Translations under genes and position numbers: made by a program
Assembly: GCF_018350175.1 (NCBI RefSeq)
Contig: NC_058368.1
Span: forward strand, 35,280,001-35,344,000
Direction: 5' to 3'
From: Felis catus
Lineage: Eukaryota
DNA: 64,000 bases
Shown: piece after piece, positions 1 through 11,901 of the stretch
Numbering within the stretch: the stretch's first letter is position 1
How the letters are laid out: every line of letters starts with the position of its first letter
Notes under the pieces: generated by a model
The model's input: only the letters and a program-made list of their open reading frames with translations
What the model was told of the DNA's origin: nothing
Database searches by the model: none

Positions 1-1296
1 AAACAGAGGAAGTGACTCTGGACTGGTTAGTTTGCATACAAAGACATGTACCTAGCTGGGTCTTTTGCTATCTCTAAGAATGAGCTAGCCCTGGGAGAGG
101 TAGGCTCTCTAGAGTCAAAAAGGTATTTTTAGAATAACAAAACAATATACAAAAATATATATTTTTTAAATTTACAATACAGTGGAGAGAGGGTTATGCA
201 GCTAACTGAGAACCTATTTCATGACTCTCTACAAGAAATGGCTGCCCATAATCTTAGTATGCTCAGAGACAGAATGGGGAGTCTTCTGGGGCTATTGTCA
301 AATACAGGTGCTACAGTAGGCTATCTCTAACAAAATTTTTTAAAGACATTTGCATTTTTGACAACTTATTTCCTGGTGGGTAGTACCTTCCTTGTGAGTT
401 GTGGTTGATCAAATGGGGAATTATCTGAAAGCCATCCAAAACACACTTAATAGTTAGAAGAACACATATCACAGGGAGTGGCAATGAAGTCCTAGATGCC
501 CCACTCTCCTTGATTTATCTCATTCCACCCCACTCCCTACTTTCCATGCCTGGCAGTTTCCTTTCTTCTGGGAGCATTCCAAGCCTACTTTGTCTCCCGG
601 CAAAATAAGCCCAGCACCTTCACCATCAGGAACTGCAGTTTTTACTCTGACCCCTTATCTTCTTTTTACCTTCTGTTTTTGTCTCAATAACTTGGCATCT
701 AGCAGCTGCCACCTCACCTACTGGCACTAACTTCCTCTTGATTCACCCACAGGATTTATAGATGTTTCACGCTCTTCAGGGAAAGAAGAAGAAAGACGGC
801 CAAGTTTCTGGGTCCAAAAACCCAGTATTAACCAATCTCCTGACATTTCTTGCTCTTCCACCCTTCTCTCTTTCCCTCTGGCTCGTGTTACTTGAACACT
901 GGTTATCTGACAAACCAACAGAGAAAGGAAGGAGAATGAAAAATAAGGGGTGAAGACCTAAAGAGAAATGTGGGGAGTAAAAGGTGCGATGGGGAGGCAG
1001 CCTCCATGTGTCCAAGAGAATGCCCAGTCTCTGCATAACTAAACAACTGAATGGGGAAATTACTGGAACAGATTGAAACATGACTCTGACAGGGACATCA
1101 TTTAGCAAGGAACGATATGAACAAAAGATCAAATCACCAATTACAACTCCAAGATTACTTCTGGTGTGTTTACTCTGTAACCTCCATGTTCTTGGTCACT
1201 ATCTACCCTTTGGCAAAAATTAGAGGAATATTTTCAAGTTCACCGATGGCAGCAACTAATTTCTAATAATAAATCACATTGAGAATCTATTTGGTG

Positions 1297-2226
1297 GGAG
1301 GAGAGAGGGAAGATGGCGGCGTAGGAGGACGGTGGGCTCACCACGCGTCCTGCTGATCACATAGATTCCACCTACACCTGCCTAAATAACCCAGAAAACC
1401 GCCAGAGGATTAGCAGAACGGAGTCTCTGGAGCCAAGCGCAGACGAGAGGCCCACGGAAGAGGGTAGGAAGGACTGCAAGGCGGTGCACTCCATGGACTG
1501 GCGGGAGGGAGCCGGGGCGAAGGGGCGGCTCACCAGCCAAGCAGAGCCCCCGAGTCTGGCTGGCAAAAGTGGAGGGGCCTGACAGACTGTGTTCCGACAG
1601 CAAGCGCGACTTAGCGTCTGGGAGGTCATAAGTTAACAGCTCTGCTCGGAAAGCGGGAAGGCTGGAGGACAAAGGGAGGGAGAGCTGCTGAGCCCCCCAG
1701 AAAACAGAGCTCAGTTTGGTGGGGAACAAAGGCGCTCGCCAGTGCCATCTCCCCCGCCCATCCCCCAGCCAAAATCCCAAAGAGAACCAGTTCCTGCCAG
1801 GGAACTTGCTCGCTCCGCACAAACACCCAACTCTGTGCTTCTGCGGAGCCAAACCTCCGGCAGCGGATCTGACTCCCTCCCACTGCCACAGGGCCCCTCC
1901 TGAAGTGGATCACCTAAAGAGGAGCGAGCTAAGCCTGCCCCTCCTGCCCCCATGCACCTTGCCTACCCACCCCAGCTAATACACCAGATCCCCAGCACCA
2001 CAAGCCTGGCAGTGTGCAAGTAGCCCAGACGGGCCACGCCACCCCACAGTGAATCCCGCCCCTAGGAGAGGGGAAGAGAAGGCACACACCAGTCTGACTG
2101 TGGCCCCAGCGGTGGGCTGGGGGCAGACATCAGGTCTGACTGCGGCCCCGCCCACCAACTCCAGTTATACACCACAGCACAGGGGAAGTGCCCTGCAAGT
2201 CCTCACCACGCCAGGGACTATCCAAA
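1297..2226 (+). promoter_or_regulatory. L1 5'UTR / internal Pol II promoter
   Basis: CpG-rich against an AT-rich background; YY1-type AAGATGGCG at 1310-1318; short repeat GTCTGACTG(T/C)GGCCCC near 2092 and 2134. Confidence 0.85.
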
Positions 2227-3106
2227 ATGACCAAGCGGAAGAATTCCCCTAAAAAGAATCTCCAGGAAATAACAACAGCTAATGAACTGATCAAAAAGGA
2301 TTTAAATAATATAACAGAAAGTGAATTGAGAATAATAGTCATAAAATTAATCGCTGGGCTTGAAAACAATATAGAGGACAGCAGGGAAGCTCTTGCTACA
2401 GAGATCAAGGGACTAAGGAACAGTCACCAGGAGCTGAAAAGCGCTTTAAACAAAATGGAAACGACGACAGCTCAGATTGAAGAGGCAGAGGAGAGAATAG
2501 GTGAACTAGAAGATAAAGTTATGGAAAAAGAGGAAGCTGAGAGAAAGAGATAAAAAAATCCAGGAGTATGAGGGGAAAATTAGAGAACTAAGTGATACAC
2601 TAAAAAGAAATAATATACGCATAATTGGTATCCCAGAGGAGGAAGAGAGAGGGAAAGGTGCTGAAGGAGTACTTGAAGAAATTAAAGCTGAGAACTTCCC
2701 TGATCTGGGGAAGGAAAAAGGCATTGAAATCCAAGAGGCACAGAGAACTCCCTTCAGATGTAACTTGAATCGATCTTCTGCACGACATATCATAGTGAAA
2801 CTGGCAAAATACAAGGATAAAGAGAAAATTCTGAAAGCAGCAAGGGATAAACGCGCCCTCACATATAAAGGGAGACCTATAAGACTAGTGACTGATCTCT
2901 CTTTTGAAACTTGGCAGGCCAGAAAGAAATGGCACGAGATCTTCAGTGTGCTAAACAGAAAAAATATGCAACCGAGAATCCTTTATCCAGCAAGTCTGTC
3001 ATTTAGAATAGAAGGAGAGATAAAGGTCTTCCCAAACAAACAAAAACTGAAGGAATTTGTCACCACTAAACCAGCCCTACAAGAGATCCTAAGGGGGACC
3101 CTGTGA
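2227..3106 (+). pseudogene. ORF1: L1 ORF1p (coiled coil, RRM, CTD) with one frameshift
   Basis: ATG 2227 MTKRKNSP...; frame breaks at about 2541-2553 (GAGAAAGAGATAA); second frame reads KKIQEYEGKIRELSDTLKRNNIRIIGIPEEE...LQEILRGTL* to 3106 without a stop. Confidence 0.93.
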
Positions 3107-3156
3107 GACAAAGTACCAGAGACATCACTACAAGCATAAAACATACAGACATCACA

Positions 3157-6100
3157 ATGACTCTAAACCCGTATCTTTCTATAATAACACTGAATGTAAA
3201 TGGATTAAATGTGCCAACCAAAAGACATAGGGTATCAGAATGGATTAAAAAAACAAGACCCATCTATTTGCTGTCTACAAGAGACTCGTTTTAGACCTGA
3301 GGACACCTTTAGATTGAGAGTGAGGGGATGGGGAACTATTTATCATGCGACTGGAAGCCAAAAGAAAGCTGGAGTAGCCATACTTATATCAGACAAACTA
3401 GACTTTAAATTAAAGGCTGTAACAAGAGATGAAGAAGGGCATTATATAATAATTACAGGGTCTATCCATCAGGAAGAGCTAACAATTATAAATGTCTATG
3501 CGCCGAATACGAGAGCCTCCAAATATATAAAACAATTACTCATAAACATAAGCAACCTTATTGATAAGAATGTGGTAATTGCAGGGGACTTTAACACTCC
3601 ACTTACAGAAATGGATAGATCATCTAGACACACGGTCAATAAAGAAACAAGGGCCCTGAATGACACATTGGATCAGATGGACTTGACAGATATATTTAGA
3701 ACTCTGCATCCCAAAGCAACAGAATATACTTTCTTCTCGAGTGCACATGGAACATTCTCCAAGATAGATCATATACTGGGTCACAAAACAGCCCTTCATA
3801 AGTATACAAGAATTGAAATTATACCATGCATACTTTCAGACCACAATGCTATGAAGCTTGAAATCAACCACAGGAAAAAGTCTGGAAAACCTCCAAAAGC
3901 ATGGAGGTTAAAGAACACCCTACTAACGAATGAGTGGGTCAACCAGGCAATTAGAGAAGAAATTAAAAAATATATGGAAACAAACAAAAATGAAAATACA
4001 ACAATCCAAACGCTTTGGGACGCAGCAAAGGCAGTCCTGAGAGGAAAATACATTGCAATCCAGGCCTATCTCAAGAAACAAGAAAAATCCCAAATACAAA
4101 ATCTAACAGCACACCTAAAGGAACTAGAAGCAGAACAGCAAAGGCAGCCTAAACCCAGCAGAAGAAGAGAAATAATAAAGATCAGAGCAGAAATAAACAA
4201 TATAGAATCTAAAAAAACTATAGAGCAGATCAACGAAACCAAGAGCTGGTTTTTTGAAAAAATAAACAAAATTGACAAACCTCTAGCCAGGCTTCTCAAA
4301 AAGAAAAGGGAGAGGACCCAAATAGATAAAATCATAAATGAAAATGGAATTATTACAACCAATCCCTCAGAGATACAAACAATTATCAGGGAATACTATG
4401 AAAAATTATATGCCAACAAATTGGACAACCTGGAAGAAATGGAAAAATTCCTAAACACCCACACTCTTCCAAAACTCAATCAGGAGGAAATAGAAAGCTT
4501 GAACAGACCCATAACCAGTGAAGAAATTGAAGCGGTTATCAAAAATCTCCCAACAAATAAGAGTCCAGGACCAGATGCCTTCCCAGAGGAGTTCTACCAG
4601 ACGTTTAAAGCAGAGATAATACCTATCCTTCTCAAGCTATTCCAAGAAATAGAAGGGGAAGGAAAACTTCCAGACTCATTCTATGAAACCAGTATTACTT
4701 TGATTCCTAAACCAGACAGAGACCCAGTAAAAAAAGAGAACTACAGGCCAATATCCCTGATGAATATGGATGCAAAAATTCTCAATAAGATATTAGCAAA
4801 TCAAATTCAACGGCATATAAAAAGAATTATTCACCATGACCAAGTGGGATTCATTCCTGGGATGCAGGGCTGGTTCAACATTCACACATCATTCAACGTG
4901 ATACATCACATTAACAAAAAAAAAGAGAAGAACCATATGATCCTGTCAATCGATGCAGAAAAGGCCTTTGACAAAATCCAGCACCCTTTCTTAATAAAAA
5001 CCCTCAAGAAAGTCGGGATAGAAGGAACATACATAAAGATCATAAAAGCCATTTATGAAAAGCCCACAGCTAACATCATCCTCAATGGGGAAAAACTGAG
5101 AGCTTTTTCCCTGAGATCAGGAACACGACAGGGATGCCCACTCTCACCGCTGTTGTTTAACATAGTGCTGGAAGTTCTAGCATCAGCAATCAGACAACAA
5201 AAGGAAATCAAAGGCATCCAAATTGGCAAAGATGAAGTCAAGCTTTCGCTTTTTGCAGATGACATGATATTATACATGGAAAATCCGATAGACTCCACCA
5301 AAAGTCTGCTAGAACTGATACAGGAATTTAGCAAAGTTGCAGGATACAAAATCAATGTACAGAAATCAGTTGCATTCTTATACACTAACAATGAAGCAAC
5401 AGAAAGACAAATAAAGAAACTGATCCCATTCACAATTGCACCAAGAAGCATAAAATACCTAGGGATAAACCTAACCAAAGATGTAAAAGATCTGTATGCT
5501 GAAAACTATAGAAAACTTATGAAGGTAATTGAAGAAGATTTAAAGAAATGGAAAGACATTCCCTGCTCATGGATTGGAAGAATAAATATTGTCAAAATGT
5601 CAATACTACCCAAAGCTATCTACACATTCAATGCAATCCCAATCAAAATTGCACCAGCATTCTTCTCGAAGCTAGAACAAGCAATCCTAAAATTCATATG
5701 GAACCACAAAAGGCCCCGAATAGCCAAAGGAATTTTGAAGAAGAAGACCAAAGCAGGAGGCATCCCAATCCCAGACTTTAGCCTCTACTACAAAGCTGTC
5801 ATCATCAAGACAGCATGGTATTGGCACAAAAACAGACACATAGACCAATGGAATAGAATAGAAACCCCAGAACTAGGCCCACAAACGTATGGCCAACTCA
5901 TCTTTGACAAAGCAGGAAAGAACATCCAATGGAAAAAAGACAGTCTCTTTAACAAATGGTGCTGGGAGAACTGGACAGCAACGTGCAGAAGGTTGAAACT
6001 AGACCACTTTCTCACACCATTCACAAAAATAAACTCAAAATGGATAAAGGACCTGAATGTGAGACAGGAAACCATCAAAACCTTAGAGGAGAAAGCAGGA

Positions 6101-6981
6101 AAAGACCTCTCTGACCTCAGCCGTAACAATCTCTTACTCGACACATCCCCAAAGGCAAGGGAATTAAAAGCAAAAGTGAATTACTGGGACCTTATGAAGA
6201 TAAAAAGCTTCTGCACAGCAAAGGAAACAACCAACAAAACTAAAAGGCAACCAACGGAATGGGAAAAGATATTCGCAAATGACATATCGGACAAAGGGCT
6301 AGTATCCAAAATCTATAAAGAGCTCACCAAACTCCACACCCGAAAAACAAATAACCCAGTGAAGAAATGGGCAGAAAACATGAATAGACACTTCTCTAAA
6401 GAAGACATCCAGATGGCCAACAGGCACATGAAAAGATGTTCAACGTCGCTCCTTATCAGGGAAATACAAATCAAAACCACACTCAGATATCACTTCACAC
6501 CAGTCAGAGTGGCCAAAATGAACAAATCAGGAGACTACAGATGCTGGAGAGGATGTGGAGAAACGGGAACCCTCTTGCACTGTTGGTGGGAATGCAAATT
6601 GGTGCAGCCGCTCTGGAAAGCAGTGTGGAGGTTCCTCAGAAAATTAAAAATAGACCTACCCTATGACCCAGCAATAGCACTGCTAGGAATTTATCCAAGG
6701 GATACAGGAGTACTGATGCATAGGGGCACTTGTACCCCAATGTTTATAGCAGCACTCTCAACAATAGCCAAATTATGGAAAGAGCCTAAATGTCCATCAA
6801 CTGATGAATGGATAAAGAAATTGTGGTTTATATACACAATGGAATACTATGTGGCAATGAGAAAAAATGAAATATGGCCTTTTGTAGCAACGTGGATGGA
6901 CTGGAGAGTGTGATGCTAAGTGAAGTAAGCCATACAGAGAAAGACAGATACCATATGGTTTCACTCTTGTGTGGATCCTGA
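3157..6981 (+). pseudogene. ORF2: L1 ORF2p (APE endonuclease, reverse transcriptase, C-terminal CCHC) with two frameshifts
   Basis: ATG 3157 [18 protein letters not shown]; +1 shift at the A-run about 3246-3253; open frame 3209-6913 with CLQET, GDFN, SDH, QGCPLSP, FADD and CWRGC...HCWWEC; one base missing near 6900, native C-terminus LESVMLSE...LLCGS* ends 6981. Confidence 0.95.
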
Positions 6982-7499
6982 GAAACTTAACAGAAACCCA
7001 TGGGGGAGGGGAAGGAAAAAAAAAAAGGAAAAAAAAAAAAGAGGTTAGAGTGGGAGAGCCAAAGCATAAGAGACTGTTAAAAACTGAGAACAAACTGAGG
7101 GTTGATGGGGGGTGGGAGGGAGGGAGGGTACCTTTTGGGATGAGCACTGGGTGTTGTATGGAAACCAATTTGACAAAAAATGTCATATATTAAAAAAAAA
7201 AAAAAAAAAGAGAATCTATTTGGTGAACCATAGTGTTCTTGAAACTTGTTGAAGACACTTTTGTCCCTTATCCAATAGCTATTTCTAGTCCTTTCTTCTT
7301 TAATGTCAAAGCCCTCAAGCTCTGAGGGTGAAGATGCTAGAATCTTAATATACTCAATTTTCTCTCTTTTTTTTTTTTTTCCTAGAACCTACAATAGACC
7401 CCGAAGGAAGTGTATTGAAGGAAGCCTAGAAATATTTTTCTCCCCCATTAAAGCTATCTGCCAAGATAAAAGCTTCAACACTCTCTTGCACCCCCAACC

Positions 7500-7757
7500 T
7501 TCAATCTTTCTTTCGATTTTGGCCTGAGGACTGAGGCTTGGAGCTGCTGTTAACTGTCTTCCAACCAAAAGGACAGACCTCTGATGAACTATGAATGACA
7601 AAACAGAAAGACAAAGGAGTCCTATATATTGAGGTGCTAAACCAATCAAGAAAAGCCACCTACAGACTTCTTGTTATCTGTGATGATAAATTTTCTTTAT
7701 CTTCAATAAAGAAAAATTTTTTTCTAGAGTGTTGTTATTTGTAGAAGATACTAAAAT
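7500..7757 (+). mobile_element. Old MaLR LTR fragment (MLT1-like)
   Basis: GGAGCTGCTG...ACTTCTTGTTATCTGTGATGATAAATTTTCTTTAT...TGTTATTTGTAG resembles the MLT1 3' half. Confidence 0.55.
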
Positions 7758-8331
7758 TTAAAGTAATGTACCTTGAAGGAACCCCGCAATAACCTGTGGC
7801 AAAGCAAAACATCTTATTTCCATTCATTTTCAGACACTAGCTTCTCTGAATAGACCATCAATAGGAGATAACAATTACCGCAAGTGAGCTGTGGAATCTG
7901 AAAGGATCATGGAAATCCAGAAGGGAAAAAGATTGGACACACCCTCTCTGCTACTTCATCCACAGGCCATCCAGCTTAAGTCCAAGCTTTCTCAAGAACT
8001 CATTACCTCGTGAAACAGCTCAACTCTCCCTTTCCCGTCTTTATATTATGAAATTTGCTTATCAGACCACAGGGCAGCCCATTAGAAACAGAAATTTGGT
8101 GATGTTGATTCTGTCATTAATGCACATCTGTAAAATGCACTGGTCTACAATGAAACCATCTGAGACTTTGGGAAGATAAGATATTGAATAATTTCATATT
8201 TTTCTTGTACTTTTATAAATCACTAACATATTTTAATTTACTTAAAAATGAAGTAAACCAAGATTAACATTATATTGTAAATAACACAACTAACATGTTT
8301 AATGTTATCAGTAAAGCAGACTTTTTGCACT

Positions 8332-8748
8332 TGTTATAAGCAAAACAAATGAAGACCAGCCTTGAAAATTCCCTGAGCAGATAAAACCAGTTTAGTCATA
8401 CAAAGCTTAATTTAGCTTATTTTGTAAGACTAAATTGACATGGGTCATTTCTTGCTTGTGCCTCTGGAAATCATAAGCAAAACTTAAACCGTTTCCCACG
8501 GTTAATATGAGGTAACTACTAACCAACTGCCTACCATCTGAGAAAATTCCAATATTAAAAAAATCACTGTGAAAAATAGTTACTACTTCCTCCCTATATA
8601 AGTTGCTTTATAATAATATACTCCTGGGGCCTCATTCTGTGTTTTGGTTCGAGAGCTCCTAGTTTTTGGTATATGCACAATAAACTTTTACTAATGACTA
8701 CTTTGATGATTCATTGGTTTTACTTATGTTATGTCTGAGCTCTTGACA
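8332..8748 (+). repeat. ERV 5' LTR (417 bp)
   Basis: TGTTA...TGACA; TATA-like TATATAAG near 8595; AATAAA near 8678; colinear with 15151-15618 (shared CAAAGCTTAATTTAGCTTATTT, TGGGTCATTTCTTGCTT, CACAATAAACTTTTACTAAT). Confidence 0.93.
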
Positions 8749-9087
8749 TTTTAAAGCATCAGAAGAGGGGAAGACCTCAAATGAGTCTAAGGTTGGTGAG
8801 TTGCTGGTACCCACAGAACCCGATGAGCTCACTGCTTTCTCCCTGGAGTTAGAGTAAATAATCTCTCCTGGATCTGAGCCACTGTCTTTGCATTTTGAAT
8901 GCTCCACCTTTATTGTGCATACCTATATTTTGTTTGGTGAGGTTTCTTTGCAAGTCACCCTATTAAGTTTAAAAGTGGAGAAGACATGTAATTCCCTGCG
9001 TTTTATAACAGGTGTTGGAAAATAGAGCCCTTTATACTTAAGACATCTTAGGGAACCTAAAGACAAAGATGGCCTGTGGACTTGGTC

Positions 9088-9180
9088 TATGGACCATGAT
9101 CTTGTGCCTTTTTAGAAACATGGGTGAACTTTTGGAATTGTAGCAGCCACTTTGAGGAACATTTATCTTAAATAAGTCCA
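9088..9180 (+). pseudogene. Decayed retroviral gag (matrix) remnant
   Basis: YGP*SCAFLETWVNF then, after a shift, LEL*QPL*GTFILNK; resembles the class I matrix W..WP..GTF motif, at the expected position after the leader. Confidence 0.5.
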
Positions 9181-9437
9181 CCTTACGGGGCACCCTTAGA
9201 AGAGAGGATTCCAATCCTCTCAGAGACAATGAAACGCAATCTTTGAGTGGAATGCAGAAGCCTCTAAAACACAAAATGACTCTCCAAACAGCTCTAAAAG
9301 GATCCTTACAGCATGCAAATAAAAAATATCCAGTAAAACTCTTTGACCATCTGAGCAAGTACACTTAGTTCATCTGCTGGAATCACAGTGTGAATACAAC
9401 TATTATTTTGAATTTTCTACTCAAGACAGGGCTGAGC

Positions 9438-11010
9438 TTTTTGTTTTTTAAGTTTTTATTTAAATTCCAGTTAGTTAACAGACCAGTGTAATATTAATTT
9501 CAGGTATACAAGATAGTTAATTCAACACTTCCATACAATACCCAGTGCTCATCACATGTACACTCCTTAATCCCCATTACCTATTTAACCCAACCCCCCT
9601 CTGGTAACCAACAGTTGTTCATTCCCTATAGTTAACAGCTTGTTTCTTGATTTGTCTCTCTTTTTTCCCCTTTGTTCATTTGTTTCTTTTTTTTTTTTTA
9701 ATTTTTTTTTTTTTAACGTTTTACCCATTTTTGAGACAGAGAGAGACACAGCATGAACGGGGGAGGGGCAGAGAGAGAAGGAGGCACAGAATCGGAAGCA
9801 GGCTCCAGGCTCTGAGCCATCAGCCCAGAGCCCGACGCGGGGCTCGAACTCGCGGACCGCGAGATCGTGACCTGGCTGAAGTCGGACGCTCAACCGACTG
9901 CGCCACCCAGGCGCCCCTGTTCATTTGTTTCTTAAATTCTACATGAGTGAAGTCATATGATATTTGTCTTTCCGTGACTGACCAATTTCACTTAGCATAA
10001 CACTCTCTACCTCCATCTTTGCCATTGCAAGTGTCAAGATCTCATTCTTTTTATGGTTGAATAATATTCCATTATACATATATATACATGTATATATACC
10101 ACATCTTCTTTATACATCAGTTGATAGACATTTGTGCTGTTTCCATAATTTGGCTATTGCTGATAATGCTACTATAAACATCATCAGGGTGCATGTATCC
10201 CTTTGAATTGGTATTTTTGTATTCTTTGGGTAAATATCTAGTAGTGCAATTGATGATATTAGGGTCGTTTTATGTTTAACCTTTTGAGGAAACTCCATAC
10301 TGATTTCCAATGTGGCTGCACCAGTTTGCATTCCACCAACAGTGTAAGAGGGTTTCCCCTTCCCCACATCTTCAACAACACCTGTTGTTTCTTGTGTTGT
10401 TGATCTGGCTGGTGTGAAGTGGTGTCTCATTGTGGTTTTGATTTTCATTTCCCTGATGATCAGTGATGTTGAGATCTTTTCATGTACCTGTTGGCCATCT
10501 GTATGTCTTCTTTGGAAAAAAGTCTATTCATGTCTTCTGCCCATTTCTTAATTGGGTTATGCATTTTTGGGGTGTTCGGTTTTATAAGTTCTTTATACAT
10601 TTTGTATACTAACCCTTTATCACATATGTCATTTGCAAATATCTACTCTCATTTCATAGTTGTCTTTTAGCTTTCTTGACTGTTTTCTTCAATGTGCAGA
10701 AACTTTTTATTTTGATGAAGTCCCAATAGTTTATTTTTGCTTTTGTTGCCCTTATCTCAGAAGACATATCTAGAAAGAAGTTGCTGTGGCCGATGTCAAA
10801 GAGGTTACTGCCTATGTTCTCCTCTAGGACTTTTATGGTTACAGGTCTCACATTTAGGTTTGTAATCCATTTTGAATTTATTTTTGTGTATGGTGTAAGA
10901 AAGTGTTCTAGTTTTCATTGTTTGCATGTTTTCCCAACACCACTTGTTAGAGAGACTGCCCTTTACCAGTTGGACATTCTTTTCTGCTTTGTCAAAGAGA
11001 AGTTGATCAA
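9438..11010 (-). mobile_element. 5'-truncated older carnivore L1 nested in the ERV
   Basis: Minus-strand frames give decayed ORF2 C-terminus (NYWDFIKIKSFCT, QLLFDKAEKN); 3'UTR and T-rich tail at about 9438-9460. Confidence 0.9.
9689..9917 (-). mobile_element. Young SINEC_Fc nested in the L1 inside the ERV
   Basis: CpG-rich Can-SINE; perfect 16-bp TSD TGTTCATTTGTTTCTT at 9673-9688 and 9918-9933. Confidence 0.96.
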
Positions 11011-11069
11011 ACACTTGTATCATAATGGAAAGTATTACTTGAAAGAAGGTTTACATAGAGGGTAGTTTC

Positions 11070-11294
11070 TTTTTTTTTTTAATTTTTTAAATGATTTTAT
11101 TTATTTTTGAGACAGAGAGAGACAGAGCATGAACAGGGGAGGGTCAGAGAGAGAGGGAGACACAGAATCCGAAGCAGGCTCCAGGCTCTGAGCTGTCAGC
11201 ACAGAGCCTGATGCGGGGCTCGAACTCACTGGTTGTGAGATCATGACCTGAGCTGGAGTCGGACGCTCAACCGACTGAGCCACCCAGGCGCCCC
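11070..11294 (-). mobile_element. Can-SINE (SINEC_Fc-type)
   Basis: tRNA-like head, CT tract, A tail; TSD TACATAGAGGGTAG(T/C)TTC at 11052-11069 and 11295-11312. Confidence 0.96.
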
Positions 11295-11827
11295 TACATA
11301 GAGGGTAGCTTCAATGAGTTAAGTATACAGCTATTTCCATATGCTTCTACACATAAAGTTTACAAATACTTTTAATGAAAAAAGACATTAGTTGAAACAA
11401 GGTTTATACACAGTGTAGCTGCAATGATGGCTATAATTTTTTAAACAAAAGCTATAAAATTTCTGTTTGGCTTTGTCTGTATGTTTACATATGTCTATTT
11501 ATGTATGTTGTAGATGTGCTATTTTCTCTACGTATGGATGATATTGCCAAAATTAGTTTGTAAAGAGCTCTATATAATTGGCTTAGAGACAATTAAGCAT
11601 TTACATAAACCAAGTATACTCTCAGAAATATAAGAACTTACTCAAATGTTTTTCAATTTCACATGATCTGGGATAATCTTGATAAATCTTGATAAGTAAA
11701 AACTAATCTACATTTATTTAACAAGAGCAGACTTGTACTCAAAATTAGTCAACAAGAAAAATAAGTCAAGATGATGGTTAGCTGTTTGATGTCTAATCCA
11801 ACTATATTTGTTAAAAACAGGTAATTT

Positions 11828-11901
11828 ACTGGGTGTTGCATGGAAACCAATTTGACAATAAATTTCATATTAAAAAAATAAAATTAAATAAATAAAAAAA
11901 T
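11828..11901 (+). mobile_element. Extremely 5'-truncated L1 (about 45 nt plus A-rich tail)
   Basis: ACTGGGTGTTGCATGGAAACCAATTTGACAATAAATTTCATATT matches the 3' terminus of the full-length L1 (about 7146-7191); TSD AAAAAC(A/C)GGTAATTT at 11813-11827 and 11902-11916. Confidence 0.9.

Larger units (their letters stand above)
1297..7209 (+). mobile_element. Full-length young feline LINE-1 (L1_Fc-like), about 5.9 kb
   Basis: Perfect 16-bp TSD GAGAATCTATTTGGTG at 1281-1296 and 7210-7225; GC-rich 5'UTR, ORF1, ORF2, G-rich 3'UTR and poly(A) at 7192-7209. Confidence 0.98.

Noticed and set aside
1..1200. Possible old LTR fragments and 63-118 aa ORFs at the window start
   Set aside because: Family and boundaries could not be supported; the ORFs lack recognisable homology.
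3796..6144. Antisense ORFs of 85-141 aa inside L1 ORF2
   Set aside because: Expected by-products of the A-rich L1 coding strand.
3209..6913. 1234-aa ORF as an intact functional ORF2p
   Set aside because: It starts at GTG in the wrong frame for the native N-terminus. The true start is 3157 and both ends are frameshifted.
9585..9946. ORFs such as MSVRLQPGHDLAVREFEP (also at 11101, 25353, 43913, 53580)
   Set aside because: Translations of Can-SINE sequence.
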